Counted from the stretch's first letter, positions 12,701-27,700 are shown. The stretch is 64,000 nucleotides of DNA from Lingula anatina (GCA_051362555.1 CM120640.1:68550788-68614787), one strand, 5' to 3'. Notes: a model not told the origin generated them from the letters alone. A program made the numbers and translations.

Positions 12701-15700
12701 CCCTCACAGATATGGAAAATATCTATGGAAATCAATAGCAACCTTTTTCCAACTAATTTTCAGTACCATGAATTTTCCTTATTATGGTTGTCATTCATGC
12801 CCCCTAAACAATGATATGTTTTATAAACCTACCTTTCTCATTATGAAAGATGTATTAAATATACTTTCTTTATTCTGAACTAGTCTGCATAGTGCATGGC
12901 ACTAGTTAATATATATCTACAATGCAACATTTTTTGAGGAGTAGTGAATATTGACAGTAAGATACCTGTACCTCCCCCCTTTCCCACATATTAGGCAAGT
13001 GTGTGTGTGTGTTATTCACCTCAATACTGCACTCAGTACTATTCACTCTCACAGCAGCAGCTGTCATATATTCAGCAAAGGTATCTATCTAAATCACATT
13101 TGCTAAGTGAAAAAATGAGTTACCCAAGTGACAAAAGAATTTTGTTGTTGTTGTTACTGTTTTGTTTTCACTTATACTTTTGAAGTAAATTGCTTTGTCT
13201 GCCTGAAATATTTCTTATGATCTATTTACAAAAATTTACAAAAAAATTGACATTTAAATATGGATAAAATCTGAATATCACTATGAAAATAATCACATGT
13301 ATGTACCGGTATGTATACAGCATGTTTTTCCATTTACCCAGTGGTATGGTTATGAAAGGAGAATAATGACAATTTTCGTGAATTTTCATGGATTGAGCTT
13401 CCAATTTCCTGTGGATGACTCTTATACTAATGGCTGTTATTAGTACCACCAGCGTGTACGCTGGCGGTACTCATGGTTTTAGTCCCGACCCGTCTCGTCC
13501 AGCTCCGCCGGCTCCGCCGGCTCCGTTGGCTCCGCCAGCTCCGCCGGCTCCGCGTACTGGCGCCGGATACAAGTCACCGTTACCGCTTCTCCTCCTAGAC
13601 CACAAGGACCCCTGTCCCCATCTCTTGGATTTAGGTCACATATAACCTCAACTTGAACCCCCAGGTTTTTTTGTCTCAGTCGGTGCATTGACCTGGGCGT
13701 GACGCTCGTTGCAATGCACCCTTGTCAAAATTTTTGAAAATTCAATGCCAATTATCTACCCTACGGAAGGAATTATGGGAAAAATTTCTACAGACGGCTT
13801 TCCAAAAGTCATATGTGTAGATTTCAAATATGCCCTTGGATTTGACCTTTGACCTTTATTTCAAGGTCAAACGGGCCAAAATTTTCAAAAAAATGAAATT
13901 TTTTACGAAAAAAAATATTATTTGCACTGTTATTCAGACACTACACAGACTTAACCAATAATTATATTGGAAAGTGTTACCCTTTGGGTCATCTTTCATC
14001 TCCATGAATTTGGGGTCAATCGGTGCATTTTCTCGGGAGTAGCGGCCATAAGATACCGAAACTGAAAACTGTCTCTAATTCGGGAACCGTTAATGCTAGC
14101 GACCCGTTCTTTTTTGCATTTTATAGAGCATGTAAAGCCCAACACTGAGAGTGGTCTCCGTTTTTTTTGTATTTCAAAGGGTTTTCGTGTTATGCTGTAT
14201 TAAAAAGTACTTTGTGGTGGCACATTATTGTAACTCGGAATTGTAACATTTAGTCCCTTATATCTCCAAAACTGTCAGAGGTGGTCAATAGTTATTATTT
14301 AAGTTGAATAGGAAGTCATTTACTTGGAATCTAGATGTGACCTTGAAATTGACCTTTGACCTACTTTTCACCATGAACTGAACTTTGCAAATTTTTGTTC
14401 CGTTTAATCTCCAAAACTGGCAGAGATAGGTCCATAGTTACAATTGAACTTGAATAGGAAGTCATTAGAGGCAATTTACTCTGACCTTGATGTTGACCTT
14501 TGACCTACTTTTTATCTTGAACTGAACTTTGCAAATTTTTGTTCCCTTTTATCTCCAAAACTGGCAAAGATTCGCCCATAGTTACTATTGAATTAGATTA
14601 GAAAGTCATTAGAGACATTTTATTGTGACCTTAAAATTGACCTTTGACCTACTTTTCACCAAGTACTGAACTTTGCAAATTTTCATTCCCTTTTATCTCC
14701 AAAACTGGCAGAGATAGGTCCATAGTTACTATTGAACTTGAATAGGAAGTCATATACTGGCAATCTAAGTGTGACCTTGAAATTGACCTTTGACCTACTT
14801 TTCATCATGAATTGAACTTTGCAGATTTTCTTTCCCTTTTATCTCCAAAACTGGCTGTGATAGATCCATAGTTACTATTGAACTTAAGGCCGGTGATAGT
14901 AAAAGGACCAAAGTCATAGAAACAAAGCCCTGGGCTTATAAGTTTTTATAAAAAATTAAAACAAACTTCCCAAAAGGCCAATTAAAGACGGGGATTAAGT
15001 ACAGTGTCCAACGGATGACGCTCTGGCGCCAATTTGAGGGGAAAAATGCCGTTTTCGGTATTGGGATTTTCTCTATAACCAAGACAGCTATTCAAGTGAT
15101 TCAAAAGGCCTCATAAAGCTGGGTGAAAGCACTTCAGCGCGGTACCAGGGAATTGTCTTAAACTATTTACTTTTGATTTTATCATCTTTTACGTTAAATT
15201 ACCCCATATTTCAATGGCTTATTCACTTCAAAAGGCGATATCTTTCAAACAAACAATTTTCTCTTAAACCCCTGATATCATGCTGTAGTCCACATTCCTA
15301 ACAACAATAGGTGCAACTTTTGTAACGATCGGTTGCTCAGATAGTGAGATATACTTGGGAGCGATTCACTTATCTCGTCAATATAGAAAGCTGTTAAAAC
15401 AGCCAAAAACGTTCACAGGTTGGTTAACAGGGCTTATTAGTCAAATGCTTAGCTGACAAATTTACCTGTTATCGGTTATACGATCAGCTGGAACCATTGC
15501 TTATTGTCATCTAAAAATATTTTGTTTGGGTGCTTTGAAGGGGCAGAAAATCGTGCTTTTGTTACATTTTCCGACCACTTGTTAGGCATGTAAGCGTGCC
15601 GCCATTTTGATTGACAGCTCTGGAGAGGGCCCTAGCCTTGTGATGCCCAGTAGGGTGTCAAGGATATGTAGAAGGAAGCGCTAACAAAGGCGATTACGTT

Positions 15701-18700
15701 TAACCGCAATTAAGAGGTGTGAAGTTGCATTTGAACGTTTCAATGGCTCTTCCTCGGCAATCGAGTAATTTTACCTGAGAGATTCCTTCTTTGTTATCGG
15801 CAAAGTGATCAGATAAAACTGTGTCGAGAGCAAGTGTCCGTCACTTGTGTTGATACGAGTTTTTTGACGGGTAACGCTGCAGGATTATTTTGCACGGCAC
15901 TTGGTAGTCGTCAGATCAACGGAAAAATCCAGTGATTACTTCAGAGCGGTCCTCGCTCAAAATGCCAGCTAAGATAAAGGGGAGACGCTCAGCTGCACAA
16001 GATTCAGCGGTAAAAGTGGCTGAGAGAAGGCTTTTGAATAAATATTTTATTTTTACACACATGACACTTAGACCCTATTTGCTTTTTACCTGCTAGCCTT
16101 GACTATTCTCGGGGTCTTTTTGTGATTTTCATTTTTGGACACTTGAACTCTTTCTTCCCGCTTGATCAGTGATTTTGAAATTGTTTTTCTCCAAATATCG
16201 CAAAATGCAAAGCCGCTAACATGCGTTTTTATTTTTATTGTTTTAATCATGCTGTCAACCTTTGCTTGGATTTCTCTTGTTTGGCCATTCAAATCACAAT
16301 TTTTCGCGTGTCTCTCAAGCTCCATGATATCATATCTTGGAGAATAAAATTTTATTTTGTCAACATTAGATTTACCTTTTGCAAACGGCGACCAACAATC
16401 ATTTCCGGTTTCGTAACGTGTCGCAGATACGCTCGACGATATATATCGCAAAAATTAAAGGCTAGGCTAAAAGTATCCTTTTTTAGCTTTTTTATTTATG
16501 TTTTTATCGATTTTTCTTTCATTTGTCAATTAATTTAGACGTTTCGATTAACTCTTTCACCCATTTATTAGGTATACAGAAATCAGTCATCCGACTGAAC
16601 AAATAGGGCCGGTTTTCCCCAACCGCCACGCATAGGCCTTACTCTCAAAATTTTCTTTCTTTCCTCTGGAAAGGGACTTTTAACACGAACTTTTCTCTTC
16701 CCCATAGTGTACTAGCTAGACTTCTTCGCTGCTAAGCTGATGTAAGACTTATGACCTATTACCGCACACGTAATCGGCTTATAACTCATTAACTGTGCTC
16801 CGACCCCCTCATGGCAACGGCCCTTAGTAACAGAGGCGTGGCTTAGTTGTCAGCCTGACTGGGGCGCGTGCCGGTTGATAAACTCATCAAAAGACGCATT
16901 TTGCGATGCAAATTCATAAAAATTATTACATCCAACGTTAGATACTTTTTTGATTAATATAAACACACAAAAAACTCAAAAACACTATTTTAAGCGTATT
17001 TAACCCTATCACCGACCTTAAATAGGAAGTCATATACTGGCAATTTACTGTGACCTTTAAATTGACCTTTGACCTTCCTTTTACTATGAACTGAACTTTG
17101 CAAATTTTCGTTCACCTTTATCTCCAAAACTGACAGAGATAGGTCCATACTTACTATTGAACTTGAATAGGAAGTAATACACTAGCAATCTGTGACCTTG
17201 AAATTGACCTTTGACCTACTTTTTATGATGAACTGCTTTTTGCATGTTTTCTGGCCTTTGAATCTGCAAAATTGGCAAAGAAATGCCCATGGTTGCTATT
17301 GAACTTGAATAGAAATTCATATACTATGATATTGAAATTGACCTTTGACCTACTTTTTCACCATGAACTGAGCTTTGCAAATTTTTTTTTGCCTCTCATA
17401 TCTTTAAAACTAGCAGAGATGTGCCCATTGTTTCCCCAAGGTTTTCTCTTTTGTCAGCATATATGCACCATTGACAACACATTTCAAGGAAAACCAATAG
17501 GCCTTTTGTCTAGTTTCTTTCTCTTTTAACTCCAAACCTGGCAGAGATAGGTCCATAGTTACTATTGAAGTTGAATAGGAAGTCATATACTGGAAATTTA
17601 GTTTGACCTTGAAATTGACCTTTGACCTACCTTACAATGAACTTAACTTTGATTGTACCATTTTAAGTTATATATATTTTTTGCGTATTTTGAAAATTCT
17701 TGTTGATTGCATTTTTACAGCTTGTCAAGCATAAGACTAGTGGCTGTGTCCCTTATTTTGCGTATGTGGGGGTCTATACGAATGCGCTTGCTCCAGCTGG
17801 TGGTACAATATTCGGAGGCGGTATCGCCTCTCTGATCCTCTAGTTACTACATGAGATGGGTGTATTGCAAATAGGCAATAATTTTCATACATGTATTTAT
17901 ATGGCAAGTTTCTTTATCTCTCCATTCATTGATTAAGGAAGCCAAAATTGCCTCTCAATTTGCAGATACATGTATAGTAAGATAACTCTCTATAAATAAT
18001 TTTTCATGTCAAATACTTCTGAAGAGATGTTGTAAACTAGGTTAAGAGTGTCACAGAAATCCAGTTGATATGATAAGATGCATAATCTAACATACATTGT
18101 ATATATTTTTTCACTGTTTTGTTGTGTTTAGAGAAAGCACTTTCTACATTTCCTGTTAATAATGAATGCAGACTAATAATTTGTTGATAAAACTTTTGAT
18201 TATATTGCCTTGCTTTTATGTGCATATTATATATTACACATGTACAGTGACACAAGTAGTTTGTGCATTATGCTCCCGTCATAACAATCTAATGTAATTT
18301 GGAATGTAATTTTACATGGTAAAAAATTTATGCAAAAGTAAATGAAAAACAGTATTTCATTAAACAAAGACATAAGGATATTTTTTATTTTTGAATATGA
18401 ATTAATTTTGATTTGCTCTCAGTGCAATGGTTGAAGTTAGTTTTCTTGAGAATGAAATAGTAAAGTTTTCTTGATAATTTGTTAATGATTTATTTCATTT
18501 TGTTCAGGTATTTTTGTGTATTATTATTATTAGATTTGTCCAAGTACTATTTGAAACAAGCATTTTCAGCTATGTGTTCAGCAGAGTCCCTAAACTTAAA
18601 CAGGCTGTGTGGCCATTATTGATTTGCTTTCCACAAATATCAGTGTTATGAGTGGAGATATAATGGGCTGCCTAGGTTTATCAATAATGAACCCACTACC

Positions 18701-21700
18701 ATGGCCATAGTATAAGGTAACAGACAGCTACACTTAAAATGATGGCAGAGAAAACCCTCTCCAGAATGCATTAAGTTACCTTTATTTTTTCCTGAAAGAT
18801 TCAACCAATTATTAAACCACTTGCATAGGCAGTTCTCTCATTAATAGCACAAACATGTTTCTTATTTTAGCAAGTCGTGTCTTGTGGATTAAATGGTGAT
18901 CATTATCAAACACCTGTTTTAAAAAATGTATACCAAGAGTGAATGCTTATTTTTACCAGAAAAATAAATGCAGATTTTATAAGTTTAATGTAATAAATTT
19001 TACAGTTCATAATACTTTCCATTTATGCAATGATAACTCATTTTGGCCATTTTCCTAAGTCAGGATATAGTCAGAAAAGAAGGATAAAGCTTTTGTTATA
19101 TGAAGTCAGGTGGCAATGAGGCAATTCTGTTAGTTGAGCTTTATACAAAGCTCTTAAGGTGGCTTTGCAAATGCAATGTGACTTGCTCAAGCCCAGTGGG
19201 ATTAAAATAATTCCATTGTACTGAAATAGTGACATCGTCTCTACAACATTTGAGAATCTCTGATTACTGAAAGCAAGGATTTGTTCTCTGTAGAGTTTGT
19301 AAAAGATTAATAATAGATATTTTTACATTTGAGAATCTCTGATTACTGAAGGCAAGGATTTGTTCTCTGCAGAGTATGTAAAAGACTAACAATAGATATT
19401 TTTACATTTGAGAATCTCTGATTACTGAAGGCAAGGATTTGTTCTCTGCAGAGTATGTAAAAGACTAACAATAGATATTTTTACATTGTTCTCTGCAGAG
19501 TTTGTAAAAGACTAACAATAGATATTTTTACATTTGAGAATCTCTGATTACTGAAAGCAAGGATTTGTTCTCTGCAGAGTTTGTAAAAGACTACCAATAG
19601 ATATTTTTATATCAAAGCAGGCACACCACTGACTAAATTGGAATCTGAGCTGAATGCTGCATTGATTCATCTGATTTATTTCACTGAACTGAATATTGTT
19701 AAAATCAATTTGTCTGAATAATCATTCAATTTTGTGATGTAAAAAAAAAAGTGAAAATGAATTGCTCCCTAACCTTTTTCAGGGAGCACAAACTTCCCCA
19801 CTGCTTCTCCTGTGATAACCAAGCAAGAGCCAGTCCTAAATCTCATCAGGTAGGGAAAGATAGAGATCAGCTGTCTTCTGGAACACAGTCAGAATTTTTA
19901 CATTGACAGGCATCTTGATTTTGCTGTCAGAAGACAGTTAAAAATAGAGGATAGATCAACAAAGATAAATTGGAAGACTGTCAAAAAATATCTCCGGATC
20001 CCCTGGAGATGGTCATTATATTGTAGCTGTGTAGCTTACATGTATGTCTTATACATGGCAAAACTAATTTACTACTTCAGAAGTTAAAACATTTAGTTTT
20101 AAATCCCACTTTGAAGATAAATGTAACTAAAACTATGCCAGCTGCATTGCTGTAATAGTCTGAATTACTGTCTGCCATTAAGGTGCTCTGAGAATGAGGA
20201 TGACAGTGAAGAAAGTGATATTTCCACCATTGGTGATGATGTAGAATCCACTGGTAAGTTGTATTTTTCTTTGTTTTTCCTTTATTTGCTGCTACTTAAC
20301 ATATCTTTTTTTAAATTGTTATTCAAAACCTACAGTATGTGGCCAGAATACAGCAAAATGCATAACTGCTAATGGTATATTCAAAGAGACAAAAGAGACC
20401 CTGTTCTTTTTGAATTGATAACAGACAGTTGAAAAAAATTTACATTTTGATGTGTTAATATGTTTTGTTTTAAGAACTAAACTTCCTGGTAATTCTTTGG
20501 GTTTTAATTCTCTAGATTTTTCATTGATATACAAGAAAAGCCGATCCTTCACTGATACAAGAGTTACCCAAAATTTCCAGATAACATTGGTAAGAACACA
20601 TCAGTTAGTTTCTTTATATTTTGAACAAATTTTCCTTAAAACTGTTATATTATAGTGCTTTTTAGAAAAAAAAACAAGAAATGGCCAAGCAAATTTTTGT
20701 TGCTCTTTGCTGTACTGTTCAGAATTGGTAATATAACAAGCCATGCTTTAGGTGTAGAGCATCCCAGAGTTGGAAGAAAACTTAAGGTCACCTCCATCCC
20801 AGTGTACCACAAACTTTCTTAGTCCCATTCATAACAAGAAAGAAGGCAACAAAGAATATCGATTGTCCGTGATCAGAATTTATGATATAACAAGTCATGC
20901 TTTAGGTGGAGAGCATCCCAGAGTTGGAAGAAATCTATACATTGGTGCTGCATTTTACCACTGACAGTAATTATGAACCAGTGAAAGGTAGGAATGAAAG
21001 ATATCAGTTTTGTTCGCTTTACCATGACATTGCATCATTGGTACATTACAAATGAATTACATACAAAGTTTTATTACATATGAAATTTAAGCAACATCTG
21101 TTTTTTTAAATGTATATCAATAATATATGCTGTTATTTTCCAGCAAAATAAATGCAGATTTTATTTGCCCTATTTAATTATTTTTTTTAATGCAGCACAT
21201 CTGCTGCAGTATTTAAGTAAGTTTTGAATACATACAGCACTGGTGGTAACAGTAGATGGACTTACAGAATAGTGATAGCAATAATTAAGCTAATGATAAT
21301 AATAATAATAAGACTTTTTGAGCATTTTACATATATGTTACATCTATAGTTTCCCTGCTTATGTAGGTCTCTATCAAATATGTGCCAAGATTTCTTTTTT
21401 CTCTTAAATTTTCTGCCAAATAATTGTATTAATTTAAAAACTGAGGGTTTCTGCCAATAGCATTTCTCTATATGTATTTTTCTTAAATTCGTGGTAAAAT
21501 GGACAAATGCATATGAATTGGAATTCTTCCATTAAAATGTTTTCACCTCACAAATTACTTCTTTTGGTATATTGTGGCAGTGTCTGATATTTTTTATCCC
21601 CTTATTATTTGTCTTGTTTTAAAATAAAGTTTTTATGTACAGACGCAACCTTGAATTATTCAACCAATTTCATGAATTAAATTATCCTTTAAATGTGTTT

Positions 21701-24700
21701 CAAAGTCTTTTTGCTGTTCACAAACGTATTCCAGTCTAAGGAATATCAGTAATTCTTTTACATTTGTGCCACAATTATTATACCCATTGCATGAAAGGAG
21801 ATTGTCAACAATACCCCTTAAAATACAGTTTTGTGCTTAAAAAAAGAAGAAAAAAAAATCCCAAAACTTCATTCTGTAGTGTTTTAATTGGAAGTTGGTC
21901 TTATTCATTATAAACTTAAATAATGCCTGCATGAAAATGTCACAGTTCTCTTCTTGGCACCTGTGGTAATTATATTGTATCATGTAAAGTAAAGTGAGTG
22001 GGTGTGACAGCTGCAGCTGTATCATACGCCTCAACTGACAGATGTTCTTTGCAGGAAGAGGGTGGGAAGAGAACATGAACAATCCAGATGAAATGAAATT
22101 CCCTATTTTATATACTGAGTGAGCCACTGTCTGAACTGGCCATCAGCTGGTACATGTACCATCATTGACAGTGTTTGAGTGCACATTTTTATGTACAGAC
22201 ACAGATGTGTCTGTACATATTGCCATCACCTGCATCTGTCGTCGCCGTCGATGCCGATGCCGGCGCCGTGCACTTTCCTTGTAAACACGATAAGTGGAAG
22301 ACAGTTTTACTTTTTGGCTTTGAATTTACAGAGCTGATGAATATTCATAAGACGCAGGTCAAGTTCGAAAGTCAGCATGATTGGGCTATTATTGTAGAAG
22401 TTATGCTGTTTTTTCACTTTTCAGCATATATGCAACCCTGTAAACACATTTAAAGGAAAACCGTTAGGTCTGTTGTCATGAAACTCACAGGAATAATCAA
22501 TCTTACTAAAACGCAGGTCAAATTCGAAAATCAGCATGATCGGGCCACTATTTTAGTAGTTATGCTGTTTTTTTCATTTTTCAGCATATATGCAACACTG
22601 TAAACACAATATAAGAAAAACAGATGGGCCAATTATCATTAAACTCACAGGACTGGTCAGTTTTACTAAAATGCGGGTTGAGATTGAAAATTAGCATAAT
22701 GGGGTCATTGTTTAAGAAGATATGCTGTTTTTTCACATTTCCTCAAATGCAATTCTTAGGCATGTTAACAGTCTCATTATTGAACTAATAAGTTACGTAA
22801 AAGTGTTTGTTTGACATTTCCTTCATCTTTACAACATTGTTAGCTGATTATGTAAAAATGATGGTAAACTTGTTATCGTGTAGTGTGTAATAAAGTGTCA
22901 AAAATGGAAATAAACTCATATCATTGCTGTTTGTCAGATTCAATCATTCACTATGTTCAGAATCTCAGAGTGGAAGAAATTGGACATTTATCACTGTTCT
23001 ATTGATATTTTTCACATCTCATCAATTTTCTTAGTTGATCATATAAAAATGGCCGTAACCTGTTAATTTTGTTTTATGTTAAAAAAGTGTTAAAAATGGA
23101 AATAAACCCATTTTAGAACAGTGCAGTCTTGTTTACATTTTGGCATTTTTAAGGTGTGACTTTGAAGTTCCATGGGCCTAAAAACCTTTGTTAGACACGT
23201 TTTCTGTTTGTCCATGATACTTATATTTTATTATTAAAAATTGATGGTCATAGTGCTGTTAAACATTATGTAATATTGTATCAAAATTTAAAAAAAAACT
23301 ATTTTGGGCAGTGCTCCCATGATGACCATTTAAGAAAAATCATGTCACTTACTGTTCTCAAACAGTACAGTTAATATGTACAGATGTGTCTGTACATATT
23401 GCCATCACCTGTGTCTGTCGTCGCTGTCGCCGGCGCCGGTAACTTTCATTGTAAACACGATAAGTGGAAGGCAGTTTTACTTTTTGGCTGTATATTTACT
23501 GAGCTGATGAATATTAATAAAATGCAGGTCAAGTTCGAAAATCAGCATGATGGGGCCACTATTTTAGTAGTTATGCTTTTTTTTCACTTTTCAGCATATA
23601 TGCAACACTGTAAGTACAATATAAGAAAAACAGATAGGCCAATTGTCATTAAACTCACAGGAGTGGTCATTCCTGCTAAAACGCAGGTTGAGTTAAAAAA
23701 TCAGCATAATCGGGTCATTATTTTAAAGAAATGCAGTTTTTTCACATTTCCTCAGATTCAATTCTTAGGCATGTTAACAGTTTCATTATTGAACTAATAA
23801 GATATGTTTAAGTGCTTGTTTGGCATTTCCTGCATCTTTACAACATTATTAATTGATTAGGTAAAAATGATGGTAAACTTGTTATCATGTTTTGTGTAAT
23901 AAAGTTTCAAAAATGGAAATAAACTCATATTTCAGTTTGTCAGATTCAATCATTCACTATGTTCAGAATCTCAGAATGGAAGCAATTGGACATTTAACAC
24001 TGCTCTGTTGATATTTTTCCCATCTCATCAATTTTCTTAGTTGATCATATAAAAACGGCAGTAAACTGTTAATTTTGTGTTATGTTAAAAATTGTTAAAA
24101 ATGGGAAAAAAAAAACATTTCAGAACAGTGCTGTCTTGTTTACATTTTGGCATTTTCAAGTTGTGACTTTGAAGTTCCATGGGCCTGAAGACCATTGCTA
24201 GTCACATTTTCTGAATATCCATAATACTAATATTTTATTATTAAAATTGATGGTCATTATGCTGTTAAACATTATGTAATATTGCATCAAAATTTGAAAA
24301 AAAAAAACGATTTTGGGCACTGCTCCCATGATGACCATTTAAGAAAAACCATGTCACTTACTGTTCTCAAACTTACAGGAAAGAAACATGGGACTAAAAT
24401 ACAGCTTCAGTAGGGAATGCAGTCTGTTTGGTAATTCTTACTGCCAGTTAAACAGTTTTTTTGTGAAAATTTAATTTTTCACTTATTGGCGTTTTCAAGG
24501 TGTGACTTTGAAGTTCCACGGGCTTGAAGACCCATGCTAGTCAGATTTTCTGAAAATCCATGATACGTATATTTTATTATTAAAAATTGACGGTCATTAT
24601 GCTGTTAACCATTATGTAATATTGCATCAGAATAGAAGAAAACACAATTTTGGGTGCTGCTGCCATGATGACCATTATGGGAAAACCATGTTATTTATGA

Positions 24701-27700
24701 TTGCCAAACTTTCAAAATAGAAATACAGGACTTAAATGCAGCCTGAGTTGGAAAAGCAGTCTAACTGGCTTCTTTTTCTGAAAGTTATACATTTTCAAAG
24801 TGTGAACTTTTTACACATTTTACTTACATGAGTATTACCTGTTGAGCATAATTAAAATTTGATGTTGAATTTGCAGTTTAATATAATGTACTTTTGCATC
24901 AGAATTGACAGTAGCCTATTTTGTGCATAGTTGTACCACCAGCGTTAGCGCTGGCGGTACACATGGTTTCGGTCCCGTCCGGATCGTTCCGCCGGCTCCG
25001 CCGGCTCCGCCGGCTCCGCCGGCTCCGTTGGCTCCGCCGGATGGCTACCGTTACCGCTTCTCCTCCTAGACGGTAAGGGCCCCCGTGCCCATCTCATGGA
25101 TTTAGGTCACCTATAATCTCAACTCGTTCCACGTAAAATTTGGGCTTTGTCGGTATTGGGGTCTGGGTGTGGCACTCATTGCAATGCACCCTTGTCTAAA
25201 AATGACAAAATTAAATGCTAATTATCTACCCTACGGAAGGGGTTATGGGAAAAATTTCTATAGACGGCTTTCCAAAAGTCATATGTGTAGATTTCAAATA
25301 TACCCTTGGATTTGACCTTTGACCTTTACTTCAAGGTCAAATGGGCCAAAATTTTCAAAAAAATGAAATTTTTTACGAAAAAAAATTTTTTTGCCCTGTT
25401 ATTCAGACACCACACAGACTTAACCAATAATATTATTGGAAAGTGTTACCCTTCAGGTCATCTTTCATCTCCATGAATTTGGGGTCAATTGGTGCATTTT
25501 CACGGGAGTAGCGGCCATAAGATACCGAAACTGAAAACTGTCTCTAATTCGGGAACCGTTAATGCTAGAAACCCATTCTTTTTTGCATTTTGTAGAGCAT
25601 GTAAAGCCCAACACTGGAAGTGGTCTCGGTTTTTTTGTATTCCATACGGTTTTCGAGTTACGCTGTATCAAAAAGCACATATTGGTGGTAAAAGCAAAAT
25701 GTGCAGTACGGTAATGGATAATAAATTTTGAACTCTGGAAAAATAAAACATAAGGCTTGGCAAAGCAGACAACTTGTGTTCAAAAATGACATTATTTCAT
25801 CAAATTTGAACTTCTGAAACTTCAGAGCACCTCCTATTTCAAGAATTTTGACTAAAATGACATTTTCTTTATTTTAATTAATTTTTTCTGTACGAAATTT
25901 AAGGCACATTATGGTAACTCCAAAATTATAACATTTAGTCCCTTATATCTCCAAAACTGGCAGAGATAGGTCCATAGTTACTATTGAAGTTGAATAGGAA
26001 GTCATATACTGGCAATCTTACTATGACCTTGAAATTGACCTTTGACCTACTTTTCACCATGAACTGAACTTTGCAAATTTTTCTTCCCTTTTATCTCCAA
26101 AACTGGCAGAGATAGGTCCATAGTTACTATTGAACTTGAATAGGAAGTCATATAATGGCAATCTATATGTGACATTAAAATTGATCTTTGACCTACTTTT
26201 CACCATGAACTGAATTTTGCAAATTTTGCTTTCCTTTTATCTCCAAAACTGGCTGTGATAGGTCCGTAGTTACTATTGAACTTGAATAGGAAGTCATATA
26301 CTGGCAATCTAAATGTGACCTTAAAATTGACCTTTGACCTACTTTTCACCATAAACTGAACTTTGCAAAATTTGCTTCCCTTTTATCTCCAAAACTGGCA
26401 GAGATAGGTCCATAGTTACTATTGAAGTTGAATAGGAAGTCATATACTGACAATCTAAATGTGACCTTAAAATTGACCTTTGACCTACTTTTCACCATGA
26501 ACTGAACTTTGCAAATTTTTTTCCCTTTTATCTCCAAAACTGGCAGAGATAGGTCCATAGTTGCTATTGAAGTTGAATAGGAAGTCATATACTGGCAATC
26601 TTAATGTGACCTTAAAATTGACCTTTGACCTACTTTTCACCATGAACTGAACTTTGCAAATTTTGCTTCCCTTTTATCTCCAAAACTGGCAGAAATAGGT
26701 CCATAGTTACTATTGAACTTGAATAGGAAGTCATATACTGGCAATCTAAATGTGACCTTGAAATTGACCTTTGACCTACTTTTCACCATGAACTGAACTT
26801 TGCAAACTTTTCTTCCCTTTTATCTCCAAAACTGGCAGAGATAGGTCCATAGTTACTATTGAACTTGAAAAGGAAGTCATATACTGGCAATCTAAATGTG
26901 ACCTTAAAATTGACCTTTGACCTACTTTACACCATGAACTGAATTTTGCAAATTTTGCTTTCCTTTTATCTCCAAAACTGGCTGAGATAGGTCCGTAGTT
27001 ACTATTGAACTTGAATAGGAAGTCATATACTGGCAATCTAAATGTGACCTCAAAATTGACCTTTGAACTACTTTTCACCATAAACTGAACTTTGCAAATT
27101 TTGCTTCCCTTTTATCTCCAAAACTGGCAGAGATAGGTCCATAGTTATTATTGAACTTGAATAGGAAGTCATATAATGGCAATCTTACTATGACCTTGAA
27201 ATTGACCTTTGACCTACTTTTCACCATGAACTGAACTTTGCAAATTTTTCTTCCCTTTTATCTCCAAAACTGGCAGAGATAGGTCCATAGTTACTATTGA
27301 ACTTGAATAGGAAGTCATATAATGGCAATCTATATGTGACATTAAAATTGATCTTTGACCTACTTTTCACCATGAACTGAATTTTGCAAATTTTGCTTTC
27401 CTTTTATCTCCAAAACTGGCTGTGATAGGTCCGTAGTTACTATTGAACTTGAATAGGAAGTCATATACTGGCAATCTAAATGTGACCTTAAAATTGACCT
27501 TTGACCTACTTTTCACCATAAACTGAACTTTGCAAAATTTGCTTCCCTTTTATCTCCAAAACTGGCAGAGATAGGTCCATAGTTACTATTGAAGTTGAAT
27601 AGGAAGTCATATACTGACAATCTAAATGTGACCTTAAAATTGACCTTTGACCTACTTTTCACCATGAACTGAACTTTGCAAATTTTTTTCCCTTTTATCT

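Noticed and set aside
13415-13688. Pro/Ala-rich ORFs (PAPPAPPAP / EPAEPAE)
   Set aside because: Produced by the 9-bp CCGGCTCCG microsatellite of the HINE 5' end.
14888-17017. piggyBac assignment based on the TTAA TSD
   Set aside because: Termini are GG..CC rather than CC..GG, which fits Kolobok better.
19931-20011. Possible extra in-frame AP5B1 exon
   Set aside because: Open frame but weak donor (gtcatt) and not needed for phase continuity.
21196-21216. Possible 21-nt microexon (cag|CACATCTGCTGCAGTATTTAA|gtaagt) in AP5B1
   Set aside because: Good splice signals and symmetric phase, but flanking exons already join to give the expected YEPVKEVCIPCL; unsupported without RNA data.
22175-23797. 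ORFs MCLYILPSP.. (92 and 137 aa)
   Set aside because: Lie in the non-coding 5' end of family B; frame not kept between copies.
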